Assembly: GCA_051886175.1 (NCBI GenBank)
Contig: JBJEXV010000066.1
Coordinates: 8,996 to 72,995, forward strand
Source of the DNA: Candidatus Coprovivens sp.
GTDB lineage: Bacteria; Bacillota_I; Bacilli_A; RF39; UBA660
Length of the DNA stretch: 64,000 bases
Reading direction: 5' to 3'
Made by a program: the position numbers and the translations under genes
Notes under the pieces: generated by a model
What the model was told of the DNA's origin: nothing
Databases searched by the model: none
The model's input: the letters and a program-made list of their open reading frames with translations, nothing else
In this document: one piece after another, positions 18,186 through 28,340 of the stretch
Layout: every line of letters begins with the position of its first letter
How positions within the stretch are numbered: the first letter of the stretch is position 1

Positions 18186-19382
18186 ATGATATGTAATAAT
18201 TGTAATAGAGAAGTTACTGATACTACATTAACTAAATGTCCATATTGTGGAAGTGTTAATTTGGTGAATGTAGAGAATACTTCTGATGTAGAGATAGTTA
18301 AAGAAAAAGATTATACAGTAATCATTATAATAGTTTTATTATTAGCTGTTGGTGGTTTAGTTGTATTTATGATAACTAGTTCTAATAATAAGAATTTTTA
18401 CTTTGATGAAACTGTTCCTGAGAGCAATGAAGCAGTTAATGAAGTTATAGATAGTACAGAAGAAAAAGAATATGTTGCAGTATCAAAAACTGGTCAAGAT
18501 GGTAGCGCTACTGGTGTTGGTGTTACTAGAGTAGTATTTGATAATCAATATTTGAAACAAACTATTTTAACTAGTCAGGATGAGGTATCATATTTTATTA
18601 AACTAGATAATGATAATAATAAGACTAGATGTACAGAAGAAATTAAAAAAATAGAAAATAGAATAGAAACTAATTATGGTGTTACTGCTGTTAATTTATG
18701 TGAAATAGATTTAGAATTTGCTTATGAAATAGAAAATGTAATAGCACATATTTATAATACTTATCCTGAATCGAGAGGTAAGTTAACTAATGTAACGATC
18801 GCTAATGTTGGTGATGCTAATTATATGGCAGCATTTATGCCAATGTTTACTTTTGTTACTAGTAATACTAATAGTACTTATCCTTTAGGTATTAAGACAC
18901 AAATTATATTAAATGCGAAATATTTTTTAAATATTAGTAAGTTAGAAAGTACAGTTACTTATGGAAGTGCTACTGGTTATTTTCCACCTAATGCAACTAG
19001 AAGTAGTACTGTAGCGCATGAGTTTGGACATTACTTATCTTATATAGGAATGATGAATTATTATAAAGCTGAACAATTAACATTTGTAAGAACTAATATG
19101 TCATCGACGTTATTAGATGTTAATAAAGATTTTATAGCAGGTACTTATAGTAAGATGGTTATAGAACAAGCTTATACTAATTATCAAACTAATTATGGTG
19201 GAACATTAGGTTTTGATGAGTTTAGAGCTAGTATTTCGAAATATGCTGTTGCAAAGAATGCACAGGGATTATATATTTATGATGAAACGATTGCAGAAGC
19301 TTATCATGATGTATATTTAAATGGAGATAATGCAGCATTAGCTAGCAAGTTAATTGTTGAATCGTTATTAACATATTTATAG
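18186..19382 (+). CDS. membrane-anchored protein: N-terminal zinc ribbon, one TM, extracytoplasmic domain with HExxH motif
   Basis: SD AGGAGG before ATG 18186. CNNCN...CPYCG zinc ribbon. TM VIIIIVLLLAVGGLVVFMI. VAHEFGHYLSY is a zincin-like HExxH. Confidence 0.55.
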   Translation: MICNNCNREVTDTTLTKCPYCGSVNLVNVENTSDVEIVKEKDYTVIIIIVLLLAVGGLVVFMITSSNNKNFYFDETVPESNEAVNEVIDSTEEKEYVAVSKTGQDGSATGVGVTRVVFDNQYLKQTILTSQDEVSYFIKLDNDNNKTRCTEEIKKIENRIETNYGVTAVNLCEIDLEFAYEIENVIAHIYNTYPESRGKLTNVTIANVGDANYMAAFMPMFTFVTSNTNSTYPLGIKTQIILNAKYFLNISKLESTVTYGSATGYFPPNATRSSTVAHEFGHYLSYIGMMNYYKAEQLTFVRTNMSSTLLDVNKDFIAGTYSKMVIEQAYTNYQTNYGGTLGFDEFRASISKYAVAKNAQGLYIYDETIAEAYHDVYLNGDNAALASKLIVESLLTYL

Positions 19383-19393
19383 GGAGGTAGAAT

Positions 19394-20995
19394 ATGAAAA
19401 AGTTATTATTTGGTTTAATGAGTTTTTGTTTATTAACAGGTAGTGTATTTGCTTTTGAAACTACTTTCCATATTGATATAGATAAGATAAATATTACTGC
19501 TAAAGGTGATGATCTAATTAATGGATTAGATAAGTCATATAGTATTGAAACTAAAGGTTTTAGTAATGAAACTGTGTATAATAAGGAAGTAGAAGAGTTA
19601 ACTAAAGAATTAATTGATATTTCATTTAGTGATAAAACTGTTCAAGAAAAACAAAAAGATTTTAGTGAATATTTATATATAGATAATAGTAATGGAGCGA
19701 ATACATTAGCATCTGCATTATTAATTGAAACGTATTTAAAATCTTTAAGTGAATATGAAATAACATATGAATATATTCAAGTAATTAGAATGGTTGAATT
19801 TGAACAAGGTTTATTATCATTTGCATATTTACCAAATGCAGTTATTAATAAATTAGAAAAAGATTTAGTATTAACATTCTGGTTTAAAGAGAATAATGGT
19901 GAATATCAAGTTCATTATGCATGGTTTAGTATAGATGATGATTTACAAAGTTATTTTAAAGATTTAGGTGAACAAGAAACTAAAGGTGACTTTATAGGTG
20001 GTTCTTATAAGAATATTTCATTATCTGGTAATGATGTAGTAGTATCAGATGAATTATTAAGTAATTTATATACTAATAATGTGGGTAGTTCTTATCAAAT
20101 AACTGGTTTAACTTTAGGTGGAAGTAGTGTATATGGAAGTGCATTTACTTTAAGAAGTGGTGTTGTTGTAACTACTTGGTCATTATTTATTCAATTTTTA
20201 AGTAATAGTGATTTCTTATATGTTAATGATTATTTAGGTAATACGTACCCAATTGAAGGTGTTATTGCGGCTGATACTGATTATGATGTAGTAATACTTA
20301 AATTAACTGAAGAAGTTGGTAAACAAGTAACTTTAGGAGATTCTAGTACTTTAAAATTAGATGATAAATTATTTACTATTAATAGTAAAGATAATACAGG
20401 ATTTAGTATTAATTATGGATCTTTTATTAAGAATAAAGATGGTAAGTTAAATAATTTATTTCCTATTAGTGAAAGTGATGTAGGTAGTGCTTTATATGAT
20501 ATTAATGGTAATGTAGTAGGTTTTAATACTGCTGATGTTATTAATTCTGATTTATCATATGCAAATAGTACTAATTATTTAAAAGAGTTACAAAGTACAT
20601 TATTAAATGTAGAATTTAAAGATATTAAATATAAAGAAATTGATAGTTTTAAAGAAACTTATTATCAACCTTTGAAGGAAGAAGAAAAGTATAGTAATTT
20701 AAATGAATCTTCTTTAAAAGATTTATTAAAGATACATGGATTAGATAAGACTATTACATTACCTTTAGTTAAATCTAGTTATAAAGATGGTATTTTAAGT
20801 TTAAGATATAAGAATAGTGCTAGTGAGTCATTAAGTACTATGTATTTAGTTAATGATTATATTGAAAAGTTAAAAGAAAATGGTTATGAAAATACTTATG
20901 ATACTTTAGAAAAGAAGATATATAAGAATAATAAATATCAAGTTATTATTAAAGAGAATATGAGTTATTTAATTATATTAATTGTGGAGGTATAA
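19394..20995 (+). CDS. secreted protein with trypsin-like (S1C/HtrA-like) fold, apparently lacking the catalytic His and Ser
   Basis: Signal peptide MKKLLFGLMSFCLLTGSVFA. GSAFTLRSGVVVTTWSLF, DYDVVILKL and SDVGSALYDINGNVVGFNT align to the GSGF..TNxHV, D.A.LK. and GNSGGPL..G.VIGINT blocks, with W replacing H and V replacing S. Confidence 0.45.
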   Translation: MKKLLFGLMSFCLLTGSVFAFETTFHIDIDKINITAKGDDLINGLDKSYSIETKGFSNETVYNKEVEELTKELIDISFSDKTVQEKQKDFSEYLYIDNSNGANTLASALLIETYLKSLSEYEITYEYIQVIRMVEFEQGLLSFAYLPNAVINKLEKDLVLTFWFKENNGEYQVHYAWFSIDDDLQSYFKDLGEQETKGDFIGGSYKNISLSGNDVVVSDELLSNLYTNNVGSSYQITGLTLGGSSVYGSAFTLRSGVVVTTWSLFIQFLSNSDFLYVNDYLGNTYPIEGVIAADTDYDVVILKLTEEVGKQVTLGDSSTLKLDDKLFTINSKDNTGFSINYGSFIKNKDGKLNNLFPISESDVGSALYDINGNVVGFNTADVINSDLSYANSTNYLKELQSTLLNVEFKDIKYKEIDSFKETYYQPLKEEEKYSNLNESSLKDLLKIHGLDKTITLPLVKSSYKDGILSLRYKNSASESLSTMYLVNDYIEKLKENGYENTYDTLEKKIYKNNKYQVIIKENMSYLIILIVEV

Positions 20996-20996
20996 A

Positions 20997-21515
20997 ATGA
21001 AGAAGAATAAAATAATAATATTTATACTAATAGCAATTATTATAGTATTAGGGTTGGTTATATTATTAAGAGATAATGATGTAAGTGTTAAAGAATATAG
21101 TAATGATGATATTAAGATAACTTATGATAGTACTTGGAAGTTAGTAGATGATAAAGAATTTAGTTTAAAACATAAAAAGAGTAAAAGTACATTTACTGTT
21201 GTTTCTAAGGAAGTAGAAGATAATTATATTGATACTGATTTAAGTGATGTAATAAAAGATATTGTATTTGATATAGAGAGTCAAAATGATGATTTTGTAC
21301 TTATAGATACAGAAGATAATATTAGTGAAGAATATGAGGGTTATTCATATTTATATGAAAAAGATAATGAACAAGTAAAGGTTAATATTTATAAGAAGGA
21401 TGATAAGTTAGTAATTGCCTATTATACTGCTAGTTATGAATATTTTGATGTAGTACTTGATAGTGTCGACTCTATGTTAAATTCATTAGAAATTAAAAGT
21501 GGAATAGATAGCTAA
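20997..21515 (+). CDS. membrane-anchored hypothetical protein
   Basis: SD GGAGG before ATG 20997. N-terminal TM IIIFILIAIIIVLGLVILL. Third gene of the 18186-21515 operon. Confidence 0.5.
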   Translation: MKKNKIIIFILIAIIIVLGLVILLRDNDVSVKEYSNDDIKITYDSTWKLVDDKEFSLKHKKSKSTFTVVSKEVEDNYIDTDLSDVIKDIVFDIESQNDDFVLIDTEDNISEEYEGYSYLYEKDNEQVKVNIYKKDDKLVIAYYTASYEYFDVVLDSVDSMLNSLEIKSGIDS

Positions 21516-21624
21516 TATATGCTGTCTATTTTTTATTAAGTAAAGTAAGGTGTCAAGTACTTTGACTTTTAGCATATATATATAATATAATTATTTTAAG
21601 CTTTAAGGTTAGAAAGGATAGAAC

Positions 21625-21765
21625 TTAGAGTTAGCGCCAGGTCCCATAGAGGATGACGAGGTTAGTAATTATCGAAAGATTCGGCGGGTGTTACTACGTA
21701 GTAATGGAAGCGTTAGAATTGCTGTAAAAAGTAAAATCAAGATTATAACAAAGGCAATTCTCCAT
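21625..21765 (+). ncRNA. glmS: glmS ribozyme (GlcN6P-activated self-cleaving leader)
   Basis: Core AGCGCCAG (cleavage expected before G21634), GACGAGG, ATCGAAAGATTCGGCGGG, and the peripheral P4-like hairpin gaattgc...gcaattc. It lies directly upstream of glmS. Confidence 0.85.
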
Positions 21766-21789
21766 ATATTTTTGTATGGAGGATTTTTT

Positions 21790-23574
21790 ATGTGTGGAAT
21801 TGTTGGGTATATCGGAAAAGATAAATGTATACCTAAGATTATTTATGGCCTTGAGTCATTAGAATATAGAGGGTATGACTCGGCTGGTATTGCTTATAAG
21901 AAAGGCAAAAAAATTATTATTGAGAAAGAACAAGGAAGATTAAGTAATTTAACTGAATCTTTAAATATGGATGAAAATGCTTATTTAGGAATAGGTCATA
22001 CAAGATGGGCTACTCATGGTAAACCATCTAAAGAAAATAGTCATCCTCATTCAAGTAATGAGATTACATTAGTACACAATGGTATTATAGAAAACTATGA
22101 AGAATTAAAAGCAGAATTACCTGGTTATAAGTTTAAAAGTGAAACTGATACTGAAGTAGTTAGTGCATTAATAGATAAACTTTATAAAGAAGAAAAAGAT
22201 ATGTTAAAAGTTTTAAATAGTTTAAAAGATTATTTAAAAGGAAGTTATGCATTAGGTATTTTAGTTAATGGTGATGATAAGTTATATGCTATTAGACATG
22301 ATAGTCCACTTATTATTGGGGTTTCAGAAGATGGAAACTTTATAGCTAGTGATGTACCTGCAATACTTAAATATACGAATATTTATTATTTATTATTAAA
22401 TGATGAATATGCAGTATTAACTGAAGATGAAGTATTAATATATAATGCTGAAGGTAAGTTAGAAAATAAAACTTTATTAACATTCGAAGGCAGTCCAGAT
22501 GCGGCGATGAAGAATGGTTATGAACATTTTATGTTAAAAGAAATATATGAACAACCAAGAGTAATTATGGATACTATTAAAGAATATATTGGTAGCTATG
22601 AAGAAATGAAGAAGAGATTAGGTTTCTTAGATAAGTTTGAAGAAATAGATATTATTGGTTGTGGTAGTGCTTATCATGTAGGTATGGTAGGTAAGAGTTT
22701 AATAGAAAAATATGGTCATGTAAGGGTTAATGTAGATATTGCATCTGAATATAGATATACTGAACATATTTATCGTAAGAAACATTTAATTATATTAATA
22801 AGTCAAAGTGGGGAAACTGCAGATACATTAGCAGTACTTAGAAAAGCTAAGGAACAAGGTATTACTACAATGGCGATTGTAAATGTAGTTGGATCTTCAA
22901 TTGCTCGTGAAGCAGATAAGGTTTTATATATTAAAGCTGGTCCAGAAATAGCAGTTGCTACTACTAAGGCATATACTTGTCAATTAATGTTATTAAGCGT
23001 TATAGCAGCTTATTTAGGTATTAAAAATAAAGTATTAGATGAAAGTATTTTTGTAGAATATGAAAGTATTTCTGATAGATTAGAAAATATATTAAAAGAT
23101 ACTAGTGATACTGAAAATATAGCTAAAAGAATTAAAGACCATAAAGATATATTCTATTTAGGTAGAAAGATAGATTATTCATTATGTATGGAGGCTTCAT
23201 TAAAATTAAAAGAAATAAGTTATATTCATAGTGAAGCATATGCAGCTGGGGAATTAAAGCATGGTACTATTAGTTTAGTAGAAAAAGGAACACCTGTAAT
23301 TAGTATTATTACTGATGAAGATATTAAATTAAAAACTATAAGTAATGTAAAAGAAGTAAGAGCAAGAGGTGCTTTAAGTATTGTTATTACTGATCAAGAA
23401 ATTGAAGATAATGATATTTATGAAATCTTAGTTAAGATAGATAAAGTACCAGATTTAATTAGTAGCGTACTTGCTATAGTTAAATGTCAATTAATTGCTT
23501 ATTACGTAGCTAAGTTAAATGGTTGCGATATTGATAAACCAAGAAATTTAGCTAAGAGTGTTACTGTAGAATAA
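21790..23574 (+). CDS. glmS: glutamine--fructose-6-phosphate aminotransferase
   Basis: Obligatory N-terminal MCGIVGY. SIS-domain motifs, C-terminal ...KPRNLAKSVTVE. The track start 21688 runs through the ribozyme and is rejected. Confidence 0.95.
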   Translation: MCGIVGYIGKDKCIPKIIYGLESLEYRGYDSAGIAYKKGKKIIIEKEQGRLSNLTESLNMDENAYLGIGHTRWATHGKPSKENSHPHSSNEITLVHNGIIENYEELKAELPGYKFKSETDTEVVSALIDKLYKEEKDMLKVLNSLKDYLKGSYALGILVNGDDKLYAIRHDSPLIIGVSEDGNFIASDVPAILKYTNIYYLLLNDEYAVLTEDEVLIYNAEGKLENKTLLTFEGSPDAAMKNGYEHFMLKEIYEQPRVIMDTIKEYIGSYEEMKKRLGFLDKFEEIDIIGCGSAYHVGMVGKSLIEKYGHVRVNVDIASEYRYTEHIYRKKHLIILISQSGETADTLAVLRKAKEQGITTMAIVNVVGSSIAREADKVLYIKAGPEIAVATTKAYTCQLMLLSVIAAYLGIKNKVLDESIFVEYESISDRLENILKDTSDTENIAKRIKDHKDIFYLGRKIDYSLCMEASLKLKEISYIHSEAYAAGELKHGTISLVEKGTPVISIITDEDIKLKTISNVKEVRARGALSIVITDQEIEDNDIYEILVKIDKVPDLISSVLAIVKCQLIAYYVAKLNGCDIDKPRNLAKSVTVE

Positions 23575-23582
23575 TAACTAAA

Positions 23583-23615
23583 ATAAGACGTTGATTTTCA
23601 ACGTCTTATTTTTTT
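23583..23615. terminator. bidirectional intrinsic terminator (glmS and the convergent gene)
   Basis: 12-bp stem ataagacgttga / tcaacgtcttat, an A-run upstream and T6 downstream. Confidence 0.8.
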
Positions 23616-24682
23616 AATAATAAAGCACAGTCATGTGACATATCTTTACTTTGACCAAATTGAACATGTTCAGTAGGTAGTTTTATTACGTCAGTATCTT
23701 TAAATGCTTCAAATAAGTAATGGTATGCTAAGTTTTGTGTTGTAAGTCCTGGTAGATAATATTGTAAGTAATCCATCATATTTAATGCACCGGTACCAAC
23801 AACTTTACCTTTTGATTCGGCATACATTTTAGCAAAGTCTTTATCTAATTCATCACTCCATGCATATAGATATGATACAACCATTGCTCCTTTTTGATTT
23901 AAATGTGGCATTAGTTCTTGTGTAACGAATTTATGATATTTACGTGCATGTTTAAATCTTACATCGTTATTATAGTTTAAATATTCATATATATTAGATA
24001 AGTTAATTACATCATATGATTTACCTTCTATATGTCTAGGTAGACCATATAAATCACTATCTATATAATTTATTGCTACTGATGATATTAATGATTTTAG
24101 TTTAGTAAAGTTTTCTGGATTTAAGTATGGATTTATTTTATGAACTAGATCATCATCTAATCTTTTATAAGTGAATAATAATCTTTCTAGCATATGTCCA
24201 CCTTGAAGATTATTTTTGCCATACATACTATAAAGTGTTCCCCAATATATTAATTCTTCTTCACTTAAGTAATCTGCTATTTTAACAAATAAGAAAGGTG
24301 AGAAGGTTTTATAGTATTCCATAAATTCATCTAATGATAATGCTTGAATTGCTGCTAATCTTAAGAATAGAGCATGTCTACATAATCTATTTGAATCATA
24401 TACATCAATGGTTTTAGCTCCAGCATTAATAGCATTTGCTACTTGTTCACCACTAGCCCCAATAGTTAGAAATGAATCAGTAGTGGTAAATTCTTTATAG
24501 TATGTTGCCATATCTTCTGTAGCATTAGCATATAAAGATTCATATTTGTTTTGTTCGATGAATGGTGAATCTCCCTTAAGTGAATGAATTAATCCATGGT
24601 TACCGCCATTACGTAACATAAGTTGTTGTGTTGCTATGATATCTTGGTTTAATCTTGCTTCTTGTTCTTGTGTTAAAACCAT
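23606..24682 (-). CDS. hypothetical protein, possibly DUF3419/BtaA-like SAM-binding fold
   Basis: SD AAGGGGGGA before ATG at 24682 (MVLTQEQEARL). LTIGASGEQVANAINAGAKTIDVYDSNRLCRHALFLRLAAIQAL resembles the DUF3419 N-terminal block (xSAGxNxLxxL...VxAVDxNPxQ..LLELKLAA). Confidence 0.4.
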   Translation of the reverse strand: MVLTQEQEARLNQDIIATQQLMLRNGGNHGLIHSLKGDSPFIEQNKYESLYANATEDMATYYKEFTTTDSFLTIGASGEQVANAINAGAKTIDVYDSNRLCRHALFLRLAAIQALSLDEFMEYYKTFSPFLFVKIADYLSEEELIYWGTLYSMYGKNNLQGGHMLERLLFTYKRLDDDLVHKINPYLNPENFTKLKSLISSVAINYIDSDLYGLPRHIEGKSYDVINLSNIYEYLNYNNDVRFKHARKYHKFVTQELMPHLNQKGAMVVSYLYAWSDELDKDFAKMYAESKGKVVGTGALNMMDYLQYYLPGLTTQNLAYHYLFEAFKDTDVIKLPTEHVQFGQSKDMSHDCALLLKK

Positions 24683-24779
24683 AATAAATCCCCCCTTGAA
24701 AGTGTTTGTATTATATAATAATTTGCTGGAAAAATCAAAAATAAATACTTTTTGATATAACATAATTTTTTGTGGTTAT

Positions 24780-24808
24780 TTGACAATATTTTAAGGAATG
24801 AGTATAAT
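24780..24808 (+). promoter_or_regulatory. consensus sigma-A promoter for engB
   Basis: TTGACA (24780-85), 17-nt spacer, TATAAT (24803-08). Confidence 0.7.
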
Positions 24809-24830
24809 TAGGGCACGTGGGTGATTATAT

Positions 24831-25421
24831 ATGAAAATAGAGTCAGCAGACCTAAAAAGTATGGCAGTAAGAATGAGTCAGTATCCTGATGATCATAAAC
24901 CAGAATTCTTACTTGTTGGTCGTAGTAACGTTGGTAAAAGTTCTTTTATTAATACAGTATTAAATAGAAAAAATATAGCTAGAACAAGTGCTACACCTGG
25001 TAAGACACAAACATTAAATTTTTATATTGTTAATGATAAATTTTATTTAGTGGATGTTCCTGGATATGGATATGCTGCTGTTGATAGAGATACACAAAAG
25101 AAATTCGGTATGATGATTGAAGAATATTTAATTAATAGAGAGAATTTAAAGAGAGTATTCTTACTAATTGATTATAGACATAAACCAAGTGAAGATGATT
25201 TACTAATGTTTAACTTTATGAAGTATTATGATTTAGATGTAACTATAGTTGCTACTAAGTTAGATAAAGTAAAACAAAGTGATAGAGCTAAGAATGATAA
25301 AGCTATTCAAGAGATGTTTAAATTAGGTGAAAATGATAATATAGTGTTATTTAGTTCTGTTACTAAAAATGGTAAAGATGAAATTCAAAATATTATTGAA
25401 AAAAGTTTAGGTACTAACTAG
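24831..25421 (+). CDS. engB: ribosome-biogenesis GTPase YsxC/EngB
   Basis: EFLLVGRSNVGKSSFIN (G1), DVPGYG (G3), ATKLDK (G4). Confidence 0.9.
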   Translation: MKIESADLKSMAVRMSQYPDDHKPEFLLVGRSNVGKSSFINTVLNRKNIARTSATPGKTQTLNFYIVNDKFYLVDVPGYGYAAVDRDTQKKFGMMIEEYLINRENLKRVFLLIDYRHKPSEDDLLMFNFMKYYDLDVTIVATKLDKVKQSDRAKNDKAIQEMFKLGENDNIVLFSSVTKNGKDEIQNIIEKSLGTN

Positions 25422-25494
25422 TACCTTTTTTTTATGAAGAAGTTTACTTAAAAAATAAAATATGCTAAAATACGCATGAAGTGGAGGGGTAGAC

Positions 25495-26829
25495 ATGAAA
25501 AAAACTGTATGTTTAATTGGTCGACCAAATGTAGGTAAAAGTACTATATTTAATAGATTAATTAGAGAACAAAAGTCTATTATTATGGATTCGCCTGGTG
25601 TTACTAGAGATAGAGTTTATGGTGATGTTACTTATGGTGATGTTAAATTCTTACTTGTAGATACTGGTGGTATTGATTTTGGACAAGGTGATTTTAATAA
25701 GGATATTAAATTACAAGCTGAAATCGCTATTGAAGAATCTGATGTAATAGTATTTGTATGTGATGGCCGTGAAGATTTAACAAGTAATGATTTAGCTATT
25801 CGTGATATGTTAATGAAAACTAATAAGAAAGTTATTGTTGCTTTAAATAAGTTAGATAATTATGATATGCAACAAGAAAGAATATATTATTACTATGAAT
25901 TAGGTTTTGAACATGTAATACCTATTTCGGCTTCTCATGCATTGGGCTTTGATGTATTAATGGAAACTATTACTGAAGATTTTGATGTAGTTGAAGAAGT
26001 AGAAGATGATATATTAAAATTTTGTATTATAGGAAGACCTAATGTAGGTAAGAGTAGTTTAACTAATGCTATTTTGAATGAAGAGAGAGCTATAGTATCA
26101 GATGTTGCTGGTACTACTAGAGATGCTACTGATACTAAGTTTAGATATAATGGTGAAGATTATATTTGTATAGATACAGCTGGTATGAGAAAACAAGGTA
26201 GAATATATGAATCAGTAGAAAAATATAGTTTACTTAGAAGTTTAAAAGCAATTGATAGAAGTGATGTATGTGTTGTTGTTATTGATGCATCAACAGGTAT
26301 TATAGAACATGATAAACATATTGCTGGTTATGCTATTGAAGCAGGTAAAGGATTAGTGTTAGTTGTTAATAAATGGGATACTATTGAAGATAAAGATATG
26401 GAAATGAAGAAATGGAAAGAATTATTAAAGAATGAATTCCAATTTATGACATATGCTAAAGTAGTGTTCTTATCAGCATTAACTAAAAAGAGAATTCATA
26501 CTTTAATGCCAGAAATTATTAGTGCTTATGAAAATAATAGAAGAGAAGTTAAAACATCTATTTTAAATAATGTTATTAATGATGCTGTTAAGTTACATGA
26601 GCCACCTGGATATAAGGGTAAGAAATTAAAAATATATTTCAGTTCTCAAACTGGTATTTGTCCTCCTAAATTTACATTTAGATGTAATAATAAAGGATTA
26701 GTACATTTTAGTTATGAAAGATATTTAGAAAATACTATTAGAAATAATTTTGATTTTACTGGTACTCCAATGACATTACAATTTAAAAATAGGGGAAGTA
26801 AAGATGATATAGTAGATGACGATGAATAA
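25495..26829 (+). CDS. der: ribosome-biogenesis GTPase Der/EngA (tandem GTPase domains plus KH-like C-terminus)
   Basis: Two G1 loops (GRPNVGKST, GRPNVGKSS), DTGG/DTAG, NKLD/NKWD. Confidence 0.95.
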   Translation: MKKTVCLIGRPNVGKSTIFNRLIREQKSIIMDSPGVTRDRVYGDVTYGDVKFLLVDTGGIDFGQGDFNKDIKLQAEIAIEESDVIVFVCDGREDLTSNDLAIRDMLMKTNKKVIVALNKLDNYDMQQERIYYYYELGFEHVIPISASHALGFDVLMETITEDFDVVEEVEDDILKFCIIGRPNVGKSSLTNAILNEERAIVSDVAGTTRDATDTKFRYNGEDYICIDTAGMRKQGRIYESVEKYSLLRSLKAIDRSDVCVVVIDASTGIIEHDKHIAGYAIEAGKGLVLVVNKWDTIEDKDMEMKKWKELLKNEFQFMTYAKVVFLSALTKKRIHTLMPEIISAYENNRREVKTSILNNVINDAVKLHEPPGYKGKKLKIYFSSQTGICPPKFTFRCNNKGLVHFSYERYLENTIRNNFDFTGTPMTLQFKNRGSKDDIVDDDE

Positions 26830-26887
26830 TCGTCATCTTTTTTTTCTAATTATGTTATAATAATTAATAGAATAGAGGAATGTATTT

Positions 26888-27190
26888 ATGAAATATGATG
26901 ATTTGAGTTTTACAGTAAAAGATAGCAAAGGAAATGATGTGGTTTGTGATATTTTATCAATTGTACCTAATGATGAAAATCCTAAGGAACCATATGTTGT
27001 TTTTACTGATTATATGTTAGATGAAAACGATGAGTTTGTATTACAGTATGGTAAAGTGGTTGAATTTAATGATAACTATATTTTAGATACTGTTACTGAT
27101 CCTTTTATAGTAGAAAAAATAAAAAATGGTTTAACTGATGATATAGTTGCTTATGTAAATGAACAAATTCAAGAAAATATGCATGAATAA
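26888..27190 (+). CDS. DUF1292-like small acidic protein (100 aa)
   Basis: Pattern ...KDSKGNDVVCDILSIV...PYVVFTDY...DENDEFVL is typical of the YrzB/DUF1292 family. Confidence 0.55.
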   Translation: MKYDDLSFTVKDSKGNDVVCDILSIVPNDENPKEPYVVFTDYMLDENDEFVLQYGKVVEFNDNYILDTVTDPFIVEKIKNGLTDDIVAYVNEQIQENMHE

Positions 27191-28337
27191 GGATGAGTTA
27201 AGAAAACAATTAGAAGAATTAGGTAATAGTAATCCACAGGATTCTTTGAGATTAAGTGGTTGTTTAATTAAAACAATAAAGCAAGAGATTGCTAATTCTT
27301 CTAGTAAAGCAAAAAAAGATTTATTAAGAGTAGAATTAGTTCAAAGTTTAGAAAAACATAAGATATATATTGAAATGGCAAGGGGCAATTGTAAACATAT
27401 ACAATTGCCAAAAAGAGTTGGATTAAAAGTAAATGAAATAGCTACAACTATAGAAATTTTTAAAGAGAAAAAAGATGTTATTCAAAAAGCCCAAAATGTA
27501 GTTACTAACACTGGTGTTAGTGCTGTTATTGTTGCGGGAATAACTGCAGCTTTTGCAACTGTAGGTGGAACTTTATCTCTTGCAACTCTGGCTGGATTAG
27601 TACCAACATTTTGTTATATAGGACTTTCTAATGTTATGAGAGAAGGAATTAAAAAAAGTGAATTTTCTAAAATGTTAGAAACTATAGAGAATAAAGATGA
27701 GATATTTGAAGAAGCAAAACAGTTTGCGTTAGATAATATTGTTAATAATAAAGAATTTACTGATTTGTTATTACGTAAAAAAGATGCTACTACTTTAGAA
27801 GAAAAACTAGAAGTAGATAAGTTATTAATTGAGCAATATAAAATAATTAGAGATAAAGCACCCAATGAAACTATCAGTAGAACGTTATCTGTTGAACTTA
27901 TTGAATTGATAAAGGAATATAAAAAGAATTTAGAAAAGAAGAAAAAAGGGTATATAAAAGATGAAATAGTTCTTAGTGGATTAGAGTTTGGAATATTAGA
28001 AAAAGAAATTCTTGATACTAGTGCATTATTGTTTAATGAAGAAAATTTTTTAGGTGAAGCATCTAAAAGTGCTTGGAAGAATATTAAGGTAAATGCAGCT
28101 ACTATGTTTTTATCTAAGATGATATTAAGTGGAGTATTCCCGAGTTTAGCTTTTGATAGTGTTAATGATTTTATTACTCCTTTATTTAATTTAGTAATAA
28201 ATAATATAACTCATTTGGGTGATTTTAAAGATAAAATTAATATGAAGAATACAAAATATGTTGAAAAACAAATTCAGTTTAATAATCCTGATTTATTTAA
28301 AAAATTAACTGAAGGAAAAGCGATGGCGTTGGCATAG
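27183..28337 (+). CDS. membrane protein, paralogue of the N-terminal part of 28610..30055
   Basis: ATG 27183 overlaps the upstream stop (track start 27159 is also possible). Helical N-terminus, motif LPKRVGLKVNEIATTIEIFKEKKD, then TM region GVSAVIVAGITAAFATVGGTLSLATLAGLVPTFCYIGL. Confidence 0.55.
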   Translation: MNKDELRKQLEELGNSNPQDSLRLSGCLIKTIKQEIANSSSKAKKDLLRVELVQSLEKHKIYIEMARGNCKHIQLPKRVGLKVNEIATTIEIFKEKKDVIQKAQNVVTNTGVSAVIVAGITAAFATVGGTLSLATLAGLVPTFCYIGLSNVMREGIKKSEFSKMLETIENKDEIFEEAKQFALDNIVNNKEFTDLLLRKKDATTLEEKLEVDKLLIEQYKIIRDKAPNETISRTLSVELIELIKEYKKNLEKKKKGYIKDEIVLSGLEFGILEKEILDTSALLFNEENFLGEASKSAWKNIKVNAATMFLSKMILSGVFPSLAFDSVNDFITPLFNLVINNITHLGDFKDKINMKNTKYVEKQIQFNNPDLFKKLTEGKAMALA

Positions 28338-28340
28338 GAG

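Noticed and set aside
21688-21789. The 34-codon N-terminal extension of glmS in the track.
   Set aside because: It overlaps the glmS ribozyme, and GlmS requires Cys at position 2.
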